From NCBI GenBank assembly GCA_050506795.1, contig JBJHCF010000001.1, positions 250,886 to 314,885 of the forward strand: 64,000 nt of DNA, read 5' to 3'. Shown here piece after piece: positions 38,901 to 47,573 of this stretch. Every line of letters begins with the position of its first letter. Position 1 is the first letter of the stretch. A program made the position numbers and the translations under genes. The DNA comes from Opitutia bacterium. Lineage in GTDB: Bacteria > Verrucomicrobiota > Verrucomicrobiia > Opitutales > T3Sed10-336. Under the pieces are notes generated by a model. That model did not search any database. It saw only the letters and a list, made by a program, of their open reading frames with translations, and was not told the origin of the DNA.

Positions 38901-39689
38901 GTTGCGGGCGATTCCCTCGGCGCTCAGCGCGCCGCGGTGGACGCGTACCACCGCGATATGCCCGGAGAAGGAGGGAAGCCTCTGCGAGGCGCCGCCGAGC
39001 ACCATGCGATGTCCTTCGCTGATCCGCGACTGGCGGGGCATCTCCCGTGATCGCTCGCCATCGACGTACCAGGTTTCATTCTCGCCATCGGCCACCACCA
39101 CGATGTGGCGCCAGTCGGGCGATCCTGCGAGATCTGGAGGCCAGGGCAGCGCGGCGCTCTGTGCGCTGCCGTCTTCGGACTGCCAGCCGAGGATCACTTC
39201 CCGCCGCTGCGGATCCTCGTTGCGAACCCAGACCTCGACCGTGAAGGTGTTGTCGCCGGTGATATCGGCCTCGGCGGGATAATCAGCCTTAATGAAATTA
39301 CTGCTGTTGAAATAGACCGCCGGCATGTCGCCGACCGGATCCCAGAGCGGATAATGGATTGTGCGTTCCTGCCACGGCACGTCGAGGCCGAAGTCGCCGA
39401 AGGTGCCGCCCTGTTCGCCGGAGCTGCCGCAGCCGCCGGAATAACCCATGTTGTACCAGTTAAGCACGTTGCCGCTGTCCTTGGTGCGTGCGGCCATGAA
39501 GTTGGCGTGCAGTTCCGTGTAGAGACGCCCGGCGATGGCGATCTCGCCCAGCGGCTGGCCGCTGATTAGCGACCGAACATTGCCGGTCTGCTGATCAATC
39601 TCGACATCCGCGATTTCCGCTGCAGCAGCGGCGAAGACAAAAGAGATTGAAGCACAGGTGATCTTAGATATCAGACTTGTTCTTTTCAT
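35979..39689 (-). CDS. Secreted multidomain protein: LamG-like + HExxH metallopeptidase-like (DUF6055/Svx-AvrXca-like) + left-handed beta-helix repeats + LamG with inserted PA14
   Basis: Signal peptide; PHELVHGAQ..YWEVHAN; HANGGGFVEASATVAETAYIGPNA repeats; PA14 motifs DNYG, PPETGEYTFW, DDSGELWLS, HKEGGG. Confidence 0.75.
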   Translation of the reverse strand: MKRTSLISKITCASISFVFAAAAAEIADVEIDQQTGNVRSLISGQPLGEIAIAGRLYTELHANFMAARTKDSGNVLNWYNMGYSGGCGSSGEQGGTFGDFGLDVPWQERTIHYPLWDPVGDMPAVYFNSSNFIKADYPAEADITGDNTFTVEVWVRNEDPQRREVILGWQSEDGSAQSAALPWPPDLAGSPDWRHIVVVADGENETWYVDGERSREMPRQSRISEGHRMVLGGASQRLPSFSGHIAVVRVHRGALSAEGIARNARGGVMLGTTLVPNIDPNANPEQGYYYDTWSDADPDDYFEATSTHFRYRIPNSRIEAFNEHQRRDHERVPRMLTLSEYCYHAYSEIHALRMPIVSSKAQYRGDGVKYLIHIAPTDGASWMGWQGELGFGYPMQGPGHMNPHELVHGAQGQTGGGMQGNYWEVHANFPQTWVGVWQSGTAWVETRDQALFEATGRSYYDAQLMMRHLAHTEQYTPMFISKMWYSGESDAYPWITFKRFNPDPETSLGYEWARMVQRNVTWDYIIHPPVIPDEPRREEHFRDQIRNNMEQIVRHGRIMLREISYMPGWYRPMKNQAPQQTGWNLVPLHWDGDEVTVDLAGYVNPERGSDWHYGLVVVAADGAPRYGDIRSTSGPVSMAMEPGDQELYLVVAAIPTKVMPINMVGDVRSFAKQQFPYRVRLDGATPRNMAIEYYEEKFAGRQGAPHANGGGFVEASATVAETAYIGPNAWVVGNSTVSGNARIEDYAVIDNGHVHDNAIISGYGLVNQNSTVKDYARVRDFGWVSRGSTLGGHAKLAEHAILESGNTTEGRVTLKGMAIQYGGVARGTALMDGNFAKGNELIEGGRWLSWSWGAGQNPGETGECFNGLYLRYNFDNPHPTLVLDDHGLTWGYLHGGAEVIEVPERIRYEPAVDIDHVIDTMNPPINFADNYGQKVTAWFHPPETGEYTFWLCCDDSGELWLSKDPEDPESFERVAVVVPYTALNVWDAQSGQRSKQILLEEGKSYYMRALHKEGGGHDHLQVAYSIGDGERVMVEGEVLSLTPDGERGQARRRVWFDVPGPQLQALLDDPRFPDGQRQIGGNAMIFNGRNQFVELQPDVTDHSELKVEIGLNWAGGEAGQRIFDFVNGNGTSISLTPSNEEGKATLVMEVNEEAYTIETHALEAGEWVEVTVTISDSGGRLYVNGELAGSHESMSMRPFIVNSGGFQNTMATCREFRNHFVGMVEHFAIYKEVNGD

Positions 39690-39797
39690 GCCTATTATTC
39701 CTTCCGAACCGTTCCTTTTGATCTTGTATGAACAATGATGTTAGCCGAATCATCAGTCTTTCCTGACTCGGTAATCGAATGGGGTCGAGATGCTTTG

Positions 39798-39822
39798 CCC
39801 TTGGAATTATCAATTCCAAGGG
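39798..39822. promoter_or_regulatory. Perfect inverted repeat upstream of the 35979-39689 gene
   Basis: CCCTTGGAATT-ATC-AATTCCAAGGG. Confidence 0.5.
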
Positions 39823-39931
39823 TTGATTATGATAAATAAAGCGCATATTAATGCCAAATCGGAACTGAACCGCTGCGGCAACAAGACCTGCCGCGGCGGC
39901 TGGTACTATCAGTTGTAATCACGGGACCGAC

Positions 39932-40645
39932 TCACCACCAGAACCGTGGACTTCCGGTGGTCCGCTCGAATCCTTCCATTTCGGAAAACGGTCGCCATTC
40001 GACGTGCCCGTCGAGGAAGACGATGTTTCCTCCTGCGGGAAGCGTGCCGTCGAGGTGATTCGAGCGGCAAAAGCCCTCTGGCAGATTACAGGGGATCGCG
40101 TGAAAGTTGTTGCCTCCAACCGAGAAGGTCACATCGGCAGCGAGCTCCCGGTGGCTTTCGGTGATGTAGATCACTTCGCCCGTTGCTCCGCCGCGACCCG
40201 CCTTGCGCAGCGGCGGCGGCTCGCCGATCCGCCTGTTGGTGTACTCGGGTCTTACCCGGGGAGCCCCTTCAAATAACAATACATAACCGATCACCCGGTA
40301 CGTGGGCTGGTGATCCCACAGGTCCAGCCTGGCGTCGATCTGGCCGGAAGGACAATAGAACATATCCCGCTCGCCGCCACCCGCAGCGATCAGGGAGTTC
40401 ATGACGGACACGGCGATATCCCAAGGCCAACTCCCGGCCCCGAGTTGCGGCAGCCGGTCATTGTTTTCCGAGGCATAGAGAAACGAGGCGACGCCTATCT
40501 GGCGCAAGTTGCTCGTGCAGGCCGATCGTCTCGCCGACTCCCGAACGCGCGAAACAACCGGGACGAGAATCGCGGCCAGAATCCCGATTATCGCGATCAC
40601 GGTAAGCAATTCGATCAATGTGAATCCGGATCTATGCCGGTTCAT
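39932..40645 (-). CDS. Prepilin-type N-terminal cleavage/methylation protein with H-X9-DG-like C-terminus (DUF1559-like)
   Basis: [37 protein letters not shown]...[13 protein letters not shown]. Confidence 0.92.
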   Translation of the reverse strand: MNRHRSGFTLIELLTVIAIIGILAAILVPVVSRVRESARRSACTSNLRQIGVASFLYASENNDRLPQLGAGSWPWDIAVSVMNSLIAAGGGERDMFYCPSGQIDARLDLWDHQPTYRVIGYVLLFEGAPRVRPEYTNRRIGEPPPLRKAGRGGATGEVIYITESHRELAADVTFSVGGNNFHAIPCNLPEGFCRSNHLDGTLPAGGNIVFLDGHVEWRPFSEMEGFERTTGSPRFWW

Positions 40646-40717
40646 GACTGCCTCCAATTTTCATTTTGCTGTGTTTTCGTTGAACTCCTCTGAATTTCCG
40701 ATTCCGAGTATCGGGGC

Positions 40718-40950
40718 AGACTTTGCGAAGGTGGCGAATCATGAGGAGGGGAGCCTCCGCAGCCTTGATTTTCCTCCCGTAGATCACGGCGCGCGCCGGG
40801 CTTTTTCGCCACGCCGAGCATTTTTCACACATCGTACGACGTGCCGGAACCACCGCAGAGGATGCCGACCATCATCGCCGAATCCTACTGGAACAGCTCC
40901 TCCAGCTAGCTCGCCCCGACCCCGGCCAGCAAGCGAACCAGGCAGTCGTT
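40718..40950 (-). pseudogene. Decayed paralogue of the TIM-barrel gene at 22197-23219
   Basis: Colinear pieces NDCLVRLLAG / LEELFQ*DSAMMVGILCGGSGT / ARAVIYGRKIKAAEAPLL with stops and deletions. Confidence 0.85.
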
Positions 40951-41211
40951 TGTTAATGTGAAATACAATTTCAGATGATTTAAATTCGATTAGAATACGA
41001 CGGGGCTGTGGGTTTGAAGCATTGTTTTGTGTATTTGGAAACTTATCCGATGAAGGAGTATGGTATCAGTTCTCCGGAGTGGGTTACTTGTTTGTTTGCG
41101 ACATTTATGTGTATTTTTTCGACATACTTATTGGTTGGTTCGCGCATTACCTGTATCCGAATGTAAGCGTCCGGTCGTCTGCCTCCTTGTGGCCCGGATG
41201 GCAGGCTCTTA

Positions 41212-41695
41212 TTGTCGGGGGAGTTCTTTCTCAGAGTTGCGATGAGGCCGCGAAGCTACCGCTTTGATTCTGGCGATAGATATCGTTACGAGTTCTATTT
41301 CGAGAAGGTAACGTTTTCTACTTCGGTTTCGATTGGCAGGGAATCGGCTTTCCAGCGGGAACGTGGAAGCTCCGCGAGATTGTCCCGAGTGGCCCGAGGG
41401 CCCGTTGGATTGGGAGACCCCGCCGAGTCGGAACTCAGCAAAAAGACACTTCAATGCCAACGTCGCGGACGGGCCGTATATTTTGACCCTCTCGATCCTC
41501 GACCCGGCGGGAAACTTGCCGAGAGTCCGAATCGCCACGGCGAATAACCTGGATGGCGGCCGTCATCCCATCGGCATAATCGCCGTGGGCGAAGGCGAAG
41601 GCGGTCCGTTGCCTAACGATTTTGTGTTCGATGATCCGCATGCCGACAGAAGTCATCGTTATGCCCTGCCTCCCCCATCCGTATATAATCGGTAG
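41212..41695 (+). pseudogene. Probable C-terminal remnant of a DUF4832-like carbohydrate-active protein
   Basis: GPYILTLSILDPAGNLPRVRIATANNLDGGRHPIG resembles the end of such proteins; no credible start and frames disrupted upstream. Confidence 0.45.
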
Positions 41696-41872
41696 TTTAC
41701 AGCCACGCCGGTAAGCCGGGAGAAGCGGAGGGGTCAGGCAGTTGTTGATTTGCGGATTACTTGAACAAGAGCCTGGGAGAAGTTCTTTACACCGGTTTCG
41801 AAATTGGCTGGGATGTCCATTCCGGTGGTACGCTGGCGGATTCCGAAATCAATCCTGTGGCGCCGATTGGCT

Positions 41873-43921
41873 ATGAGCAAAAACCTCAATTCTCTCCTCC
41901 TCATCGCGGTACTTATGTCGACGATTGCCTCTGGGCTTGTCGCCGAGCCGCAACTACGGTACGAGACTTCGTGGATTGGCAACAGTTTCAGCGGGACTCC
42001 GGGATGGATTCCTCATGATATCGATGATATTTTCGTCGGCTCCAACGGTACCGTCTACACGAATGCTCGCTGGGAGGAAAACCGTAATAATGTCGTGGCG
42101 GTAAAGGACGGTGAGTATCTCGCCGGCATCAGTCCTTTCGACTTTACCGGCGGCGGCAATGTGCCGCGGTCGGTGGGCAAGGCCATTACGGGGAATGAGC
42201 GGTATATTTTTTACAGTAGCGCCTATGCGGAGGGAATGCCTGCCGAGGAAGCGATCACCCGGCGCGACCGGCCGGATATCAATGCCGGTCACCGGAGTGT
42301 GGATCTCGGCGTACGGGTTACGGGCCTGGCGGCCACCGAAGGAGAGGTGTTTGCGGCCTGCGCCGATGGGATCATCCGTGTCTTCAATCTGAACCTGGAG
42401 CCGCTTCGCGAGTTTCCCATTGTCTCCTCGCCCGGAAAGCTCTCTGTCGACGAGGAAGGTGCATTGTGGTTGATCGATGGGGGGACCCTCCGCCGGTATG
42501 ATCCGGAAGGGGGCAGGCTGGAGCAGGAGATCGTTCTGCCCGACGATGTTTTGCCGACAGCCCTGGCTGTCATGCCGGACGGACGCCTGCTCGTGGCGGA
42601 CGCGGGGTGGCGTGAACAGGTGCGGATCTACAGGGACATTACCACTGCTCCGGCTTTGGATCGGGTTTTCGGCGAGACCGGTGGCATCTATGCGGGCGAA
42701 ACCCCCGGCCGGCATGGACCAATGCGCTTTCTCGGGCCGATTGGCGTGGGCGCCGACAGCGAGGGGAACGTCTATGTAGCTCACCGCCTTCCCGCCGAGG
42801 ATTACATCGGTTCGGCTATGATCCAGAGCCACACGGAAGAGGGGCATCTGAACTGGCAGGTTTTGGGGCAGGAATGGATCGATGCCCTCATGATCGATCC
42901 GGAAACGGAAACAGATATTTATTCGAAGAAATCGCGCTACGCTGTCGATTTCTCCAAACCGGCCGGGGAGGAGTGGGTGCTGAAGGCGACCACGATTCAT
43001 CGCCATCTTTTTCCGGACGACCCGCGCCTGAAGCGGGGCCACAAGGGAGGCGTGTTGCTGCGTGTGATCGATGGTCACAGGTTTCTGTATGTCAACGATA
43101 TGCACGGAAAATATTTTATCTACCGCTTTGATCCGGAGAATTTCGGCGAGATCGCCATTCCCTCCGGACGGGTTTCGGCATCGGAGATTTGGTACGATGC
43201 CGATGGTGACGGCCGTGAAGCTCCGGGTGAAGTGACCGAAGTCAACACCGGAGAGTCGCGCGGCTGGTGGGTCGACACGGACGGAACCATCTGGCAGGCC
43301 ACCCGCCACGGCGCTATTTACCAGTACCCCCTTGAATCGATCGATGAGAATGGGGTACCGGTCTATTCCGCGGAGAGTCGGCGGGAGTTTGCCAATCCTG
43401 GCCCGATCGAAGACGTCAGGAGAATCTATTACGACGCCGACAACGACGTTCTTTACCTCGGTGGCGGCACCTCCGAGGATCCCGCGCAACACTGGAAACC
43501 GATGGGGCCGAACCTGGTCCGCTATGACAACTGGCATACGGAATCTTCGCAACGCTGGCACTTGGTCTTGCCTTACCAGCTGGCGGATTTTCAGCATGAG
43601 TCGTATGAACCCCATGGATTCGATCTCGCCGGAGAGCACTTGTTTGTTGTGTGGGTAGGCTCCGTTCCCGATTACGATATTCGCCGCGGAACGGTCGGTG
43701 TGTATCGCGAGGATGACCCGACCGGCGAGGAGGGCTTTCAGGGGTATCTGGAGTCTCCCCGGGAGTTCGGTGTTCAGCACGTAGGGATCATGGATATCGT
43801 ACATGCTATCAACGCCTACCAGCGCGCTAATGGGGAATACATCATATTCATCGAAGACGACGCTCGAACCAAGAACGTCATGTTCCGCTGGCATCCGGAA
43901 GGCGGAACCTGGTCTGAATGA
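41873..43921 (+). CDS. Secreted NHL/SMP-30-like beta-propeller protein
   Basis: Signal peptide; YETSWIGNSF; repeats PTALAVMPDGRLLVAD, PIGVGADSEGNVYVA. Confidence 0.75.
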   Translation: MSKNLNSLLLIAVLMSTIASGLVAEPQLRYETSWIGNSFSGTPGWIPHDIDDIFVGSNGTVYTNARWEENRNNVVAVKDGEYLAGISPFDFTGGGNVPRSVGKAITGNERYIFYSSAYAEGMPAEEAITRRDRPDINAGHRSVDLGVRVTGLAATEGEVFAACADGIIRVFNLNLEPLREFPIVSSPGKLSVDEEGALWLIDGGTLRRYDPEGGRLEQEIVLPDDVLPTALAVMPDGRLLVADAGWREQVRIYRDITTAPALDRVFGETGGIYAGETPGRHGPMRFLGPIGVGADSEGNVYVAHRLPAEDYIGSAMIQSHTEEGHLNWQVLGQEWIDALMIDPETETDIYSKKSRYAVDFSKPAGEEWVLKATTIHRHLFPDDPRLKRGHKGGVLLRVIDGHRFLYVNDMHGKYFIYRFDPENFGEIAIPSGRVSASEIWYDADGDGREAPGEVTEVNTGESRGWWVDTDGTIWQATRHGAIYQYPLESIDENGVPVYSAESRREFANPGPIEDVRRIYYDADNDVLYLGGGTSEDPAQHWKPMGPNLVRYDNWHTESSQRWHLVLPYQLADFQHESYEPHGFDLAGEHLFVVWVGSVPDYDIRRGTVGVYREDDPTGEEGFQGYLESPREFGVQHVGIMDIVHAINAYQRANGEYIIFIEDDARTKNVMFRWHPEGGTWSE

Positions 43922-44010
43922 GGTCGAGAGGACGCCTATCGCAGTCGAGGGACTATGGCGAACAATCCGGAAACCGTTTCGCTCAGAGCGGGATCCCGAT
44001 TGGCGGCTTT

Positions 44011-44044
44011 TAGGAGTCTGTCGGCGAATCCCGACAGGCTCCTA
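44011..44044. repeat. REP-like palindrome
   Basis: TAGGAGTCTGTCGG...CCGACAGGCTCCTA (13/14 complementary). Confidence 0.7.
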
Positions 44045-44048
44045 GACC

Positions 44049-44312
44049 GAATGGCACTCGGTTAAGGCCGTTGATCGAAGCAGCGTTGTCCAACTGTGGG
44101 AAGTTTACCTAAGATCACGCCCGGCTTTAAAGCATTGCTGAACGGTGAAGATTCTCACACGGAGCCACGCCCTCGACGAGCTCAGGCCGGAGAGAGCTCA
44201 CGGAGGCGGGTCCGGTTGAACTCTCCGTGTCTCCGTGCCTCCGTGTGAGCCCAATTTCCACTGTATTTTTTTGCTTCATCAAACGCTGAGCCGCCTTAAC
44301 TGAGTCGCATTC
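44049..44312. mobile_element. 264-bp MITE with IS4-like terminal inverted repeats
   Basis: TIRs GAATGGCACTCGGTTAAGGC / GCCTTAACTGAGTCGCATTC (17/20); exact 10-bp flanking duplication CTCCTAGACC at 44039-44048 and 44313-44322. Confidence 0.88.
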
Positions 44313-44331
44313 CTCCTAGACCCCTGAGATC

Positions 44332-46269
44332 TTAGCGTTCCTTTTGCCAGGTCGGTTTGGAAAGATCGATTTCGATCTCGCCCGTTCCCGGGCTTTCGAA
44401 AGGACCCGGGAAGGGGTGTTGCGGATCCCTTGGGACGCCGAAGAAATCCGTATCCACCCGGAGCGGACTTCCATCGTAATCCAGATAGGGAACCCCCGGC
44501 ACGACGGCTTCGCCGAGAAGATCGCTCGTCACCATGACGTTGTTTTCGGTGCGGAGGTCGCTTTCCAGGAGCATTCGCAAAAGCAATCGGGAGTTCTTGC
44601 GGATCAGCTCGATTTTCGGGTCGGAATCGGCCAGGACCAACGGCGACTCTTCGTGGCGTGCCGGTTTCGCGTCGCGCAGGTAAACATTGCCGGCCATTCG
44701 CATGGGGTGCTTCGCGTCGTCGTAGACATCGAGTTCGCTCTCGATAAAAATGTTGTTGAAGAAATGAGTGTCGCCTCCCGGATGGTCCGCAAGCCCCGCG
44801 ATTTCCGTCGAATGCGGTTTCAGATAGGGCGTTTCACGGTAGAGCTCGGGCCAGAATTTGAGACTGCCGGCGAACAGGTTGTGCGCGTACACGCCTCCCT
44901 GGGAGCGGTCCTTCATCGTGCGTGGGGATAAAAAGAGATTGTTGTCGACCACGTACGGACCGTGGTTCACTTCGAAGTAGATATCCTGTTCGGGGCCGTT
45001 GTCGAAGAACACGTTTCCGGAAATACGCGCTCCCTGGGTCATCCAGTCGAGCCAGATGCCCCGGTAGGTGCGGTAAATCAGGTTGTCCCGAATGAGGAAG
45101 TCGACGGCGCCGTGGATTTTGATTCCGGCCATTTCGTGGCCCGAGAACAGCCTTCGCACGTGAATGTCGTGGATGACATTGCCCGTGATCTCGCTGAAAA
45201 CGCCGCCGAGGCTGCCCACGATGCCGGCCTGTTCGCAGTGGGAAATGCGGTTGTTCCGGACGATGTGATGACCGATATTTTCCTTCGACCAGCCATGATT
45301 ATCCCTCGCCCGCCGAATCGTCTCGACGTACCCTTCGGCCGTGTCAGCGGACGTGTTGTCGTGTTCGTCTCCATGTTTGCCCAAGGTGACGCCGACGCAA
45401 GTCGAGTAGCTGATATCGTTGTCCTCGATAATCCAGCCCCGACTCCAGTGCGTCCCCACCAGTCCGATTTGCTCGGCGGTCGGAGGGGCCCACGGTGTCG
45501 CGGCGTGCATCATGGTGAAGCCGCGTACGGTGATGTAGTCGACTCCGGGTTTTTCCGGGTAGAAGACCGTCCGGCGAACGTTGATCTCGACCTTGGCCTC
45601 ATTGGGATCGACGTCCTGGAACTGAGCCCAGATCGTGGTGTGTTCCCCGTCGACCCGGCCGAACCACAACGGATCCTTCTCGACGGGTTCCAAAACGGGC
45701 GCCAGCTCCGCGGATTCGGTGAGCCAGTGTTCGTTCAGGTAGACCGCGCCGGTGTGGTGGCTGCGTCCCTGGGGATTGAACCAGTCGCCGAAGATGACGT
45801 CGGCATACGGGTTGAAATCGCCGAAAAATTCGTTTGGGAGGACGACTTTCCAGGCGTCGTTTTTCTCGTGCACCCATCCGGTGATCCGTTCCGAGCCTTT
45901 GATGACCGCGTTTTCGCCCGGGGCGGCGCGGAAAACTATGCGGCTGCGGTCGCTTTCGCCGCCCCGGACAGGATTGACCCTTTCACGGTAAACACCCTCA
46001 TAAACGGTGATCGTATCCCCGGGTTGGGCGCGTTCCGCGGCCGCTCCGATTGTTGCGAAAGGCGCGGTTCGGGACCCCTCGTTTTGGTTGTCTCCGCTCA
46101 CGGAAACATGGAATTCTCGCCGTTCCTCGTCCACCCCAAGGACCGAAGCGGGAGCGAGTAGAAGGCACAAGCCAAAACAGGTCACGGGGAATGTCGTCCG
46201 CGCGGTCTTAGTCAACAGACCGGTGCGGCGGGATTCTCCGGTGCGTTTCCCTTTTAAAATACGGTTCAT
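44332..46269 (-). CDS. GH120-like beta-xylosidase (beta-helix, DUF1565 N-terminus), secreted
   Basis: AQPGDTITVYEGVYRERVNP, WAPPTAEQIGLVGTHWSRGWIIE, EMAGIKIHGA, GIWLDW, EVNHGP. Confidence 0.85.
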   Translation of the reverse strand: MNRILKGKRTGESRRTGLLTKTARTTFPVTCFGLCLLLAPASVLGVDEERREFHVSVSGDNQNEGSRTAPFATIGAAAERAQPGDTITVYEGVYRERVNPVRGGESDRSRIVFRAAPGENAVIKGSERITGWVHEKNDAWKVVLPNEFFGDFNPYADVIFGDWFNPQGRSHHTGAVYLNEHWLTESAELAPVLEPVEKDPLWFGRVDGEHTTIWAQFQDVDPNEAKVEINVRRTVFYPEKPGVDYITVRGFTMMHAATPWAPPTAEQIGLVGTHWSRGWIIEDNDISYSTCVGVTLGKHGDEHDNTSADTAEGYVETIRRARDNHGWSKENIGHHIVRNNRISHCEQAGIVGSLGGVFSEITGNVIHDIHVRRLFSGHEMAGIKIHGAVDFLIRDNLIYRTYRGIWLDWMTQGARISGNVFFDNGPEQDIYFEVNHGPYVVDNNLFLSPRTMKDRSQGGVYAHNLFAGSLKFWPELYRETPYLKPHSTEIAGLADHPGGDTHFFNNIFIESELDVYDDAKHPMRMAGNVYLRDAKPARHEESPLVLADSDPKIELIRKNSRLLLRMLLESDLRTENNVMVTSDLLGEAVVPGVPYLDYDGSPLRVDTDFFGVPRDPQHPFPGPFESPGTGEIEIDLSKPTWQKER

Positions 46270-46607
46270 GCGGGTGTCGTTTTTTGGTTTTTGGCGGAAG
46301 AGGAGAGTCAATCCCGGGCGGGAACGAGGCGAAAGGGGGGGCGTCCGTTGTCGTCGTATCAAAGCGGAAATTGTGTTCTTTATGATTCCTATGGCTTCAA
46401 CCCGTTGGGCCGAAACCCTCGAGTCCGGATAGTTGTCACAAAGATCACAAGGATCACGAAGAAGGAATTCTGAAATCCTGAAGTGAGTTTCGCTTGGATA
46501 CTGATGGCAGTTATCCAGCCTGCTATTTTTGAGTTTTCAGCTGTGGGTTTATCGCCTTCCCCGGGAAGGGAAGGCGAGTCTATTGTGGTTCTTCTAAAAC
46601 CAGGCCA

Positions 46608-47531
46608 TTATTCGGTCATGGCGCGGAAGAACCACCGAGTATTCTGCTGGGTGAAAAAGATCGCGCGGTACGGTCCGCCGGTGCCTAAGACAACGTCGCC
46701 TTCGCCGGACCATTCATCGGTTTCTTGGTTGAGATCCGTGGTGGATTCGAGGCGGTAAAGTCCGTCTTCTTCCGTATCGAACTCAATTTCCACGGCGACC
46801 AGTGAACGGGTCGTCGACGGGAAATCGATTTGAAATCCGGGTTCGGAGGCGATCTCGACATTGTCGATTCCGAAACTGCCGAAGAAACGGTTCTCCTCGG
46901 CGTCCTCACCCATGGCCCAAACATCGATCAGCAGCGTTGCCGAAGGTGTAATGCCGCTTAACGTGATGGTACGCCAGCCGTTGGCGTCGGGTTCGCTGAC
47001 GGTGACCTCACTAAAGTCTTCGGAGATAGGAAACCCCTCGTCGCCAATCACGGCTTCGTCCAGCACAAGCTGCTGTTGATGTTCGGCCAGGAAATCGAAT
47101 TCTCCGGACCAAAACCGTACGTGGAAACGGGCCTCGCCGTCGAGTTCGCCGTTGTTCGCGAATCCGTCGTCGGTGTTCGTCCGGAAAACGAAACTGACCG
47201 TGTATTCCGTGTTGCCGCCGACGTTCTGTTGATTGGACATCCACCAGGCGAGTTCGTCGTCGTCCCCAGTATCACGGTATACTTCTCCGTAGAAACCGTT
47301 GCTGCCCACGGCGGGTTCAACGAAATCGAAGGCGTTGTCCACGTCGACCCATCTCTGACCGAAGACAAGTTCTCTCCATCCAGGAGGTGCGTTACCGTCG
47401 TCGGCTGGAAACTCCGACCATTCGCCGTCGGGATCGGGAGCGAAGTCCGAGAAGAACAGGGTTTCCTTTTCGGCGTGCAGAAAGTGACCGCCAACAAGCG
47501 CGGTGAGTGCGATGGCTAAAGTTTTTTTCAT
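46608..47531 (-). CDS. Secreted acidic CBM-like protein with C-terminal RFFR-type domain
   Basis: Signal peptide; jelly-roll-like end [10 protein letters not shown]; ends YRLESTTDL..W..RWFFRA. Confidence 0.7.
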   Translation of the reverse strand: MKKTLAIALTALVGGHFLHAEKETLFFSDFAPDPDGEWSEFPADDGNAPPGWRELVFGQRWVDVDNAFDFVEPAVGSNGFYGEVYRDTGDDDELAWWMSNQQNVGGNTEYTVSFVFRTNTDDGFANNGELDGEARFHVRFWSGEFDFLAEHQQQLVLDEAVIGDEGFPISEDFSEVTVSEPDANGWRTITLSGITPSATLLIDVWAMGEDAEENRFFGSFGIDNVEIASEPGFQIDFPSTTRSLVAVEIEFDTEEDGLYRLESTTDLNQETDEWSGEGDVVLGTGGPYRAIFFTQQNTRWFFRAMTE

Positions 47532-47573
47532 GGCTTTTGAAGTGTTGAATATGTGGTTGGTGCGATGGGTGTC

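Noticed and set aside
41954..43894. 646-aa antisense ORF (likewise 19651-20958, 29438-30535, 34664-35989, 44962-46161, 59604-60779)
   Set aside because: Each mirrors a well-supported gene on the other strand, as expected from codon bias
46436..46465. TCACAAAGA/TCACAAGGA/TCACGAAGA short tandem units
   Set aside because: Three degenerate 9-mers, probably a REP-like remnant with no partner arm visible
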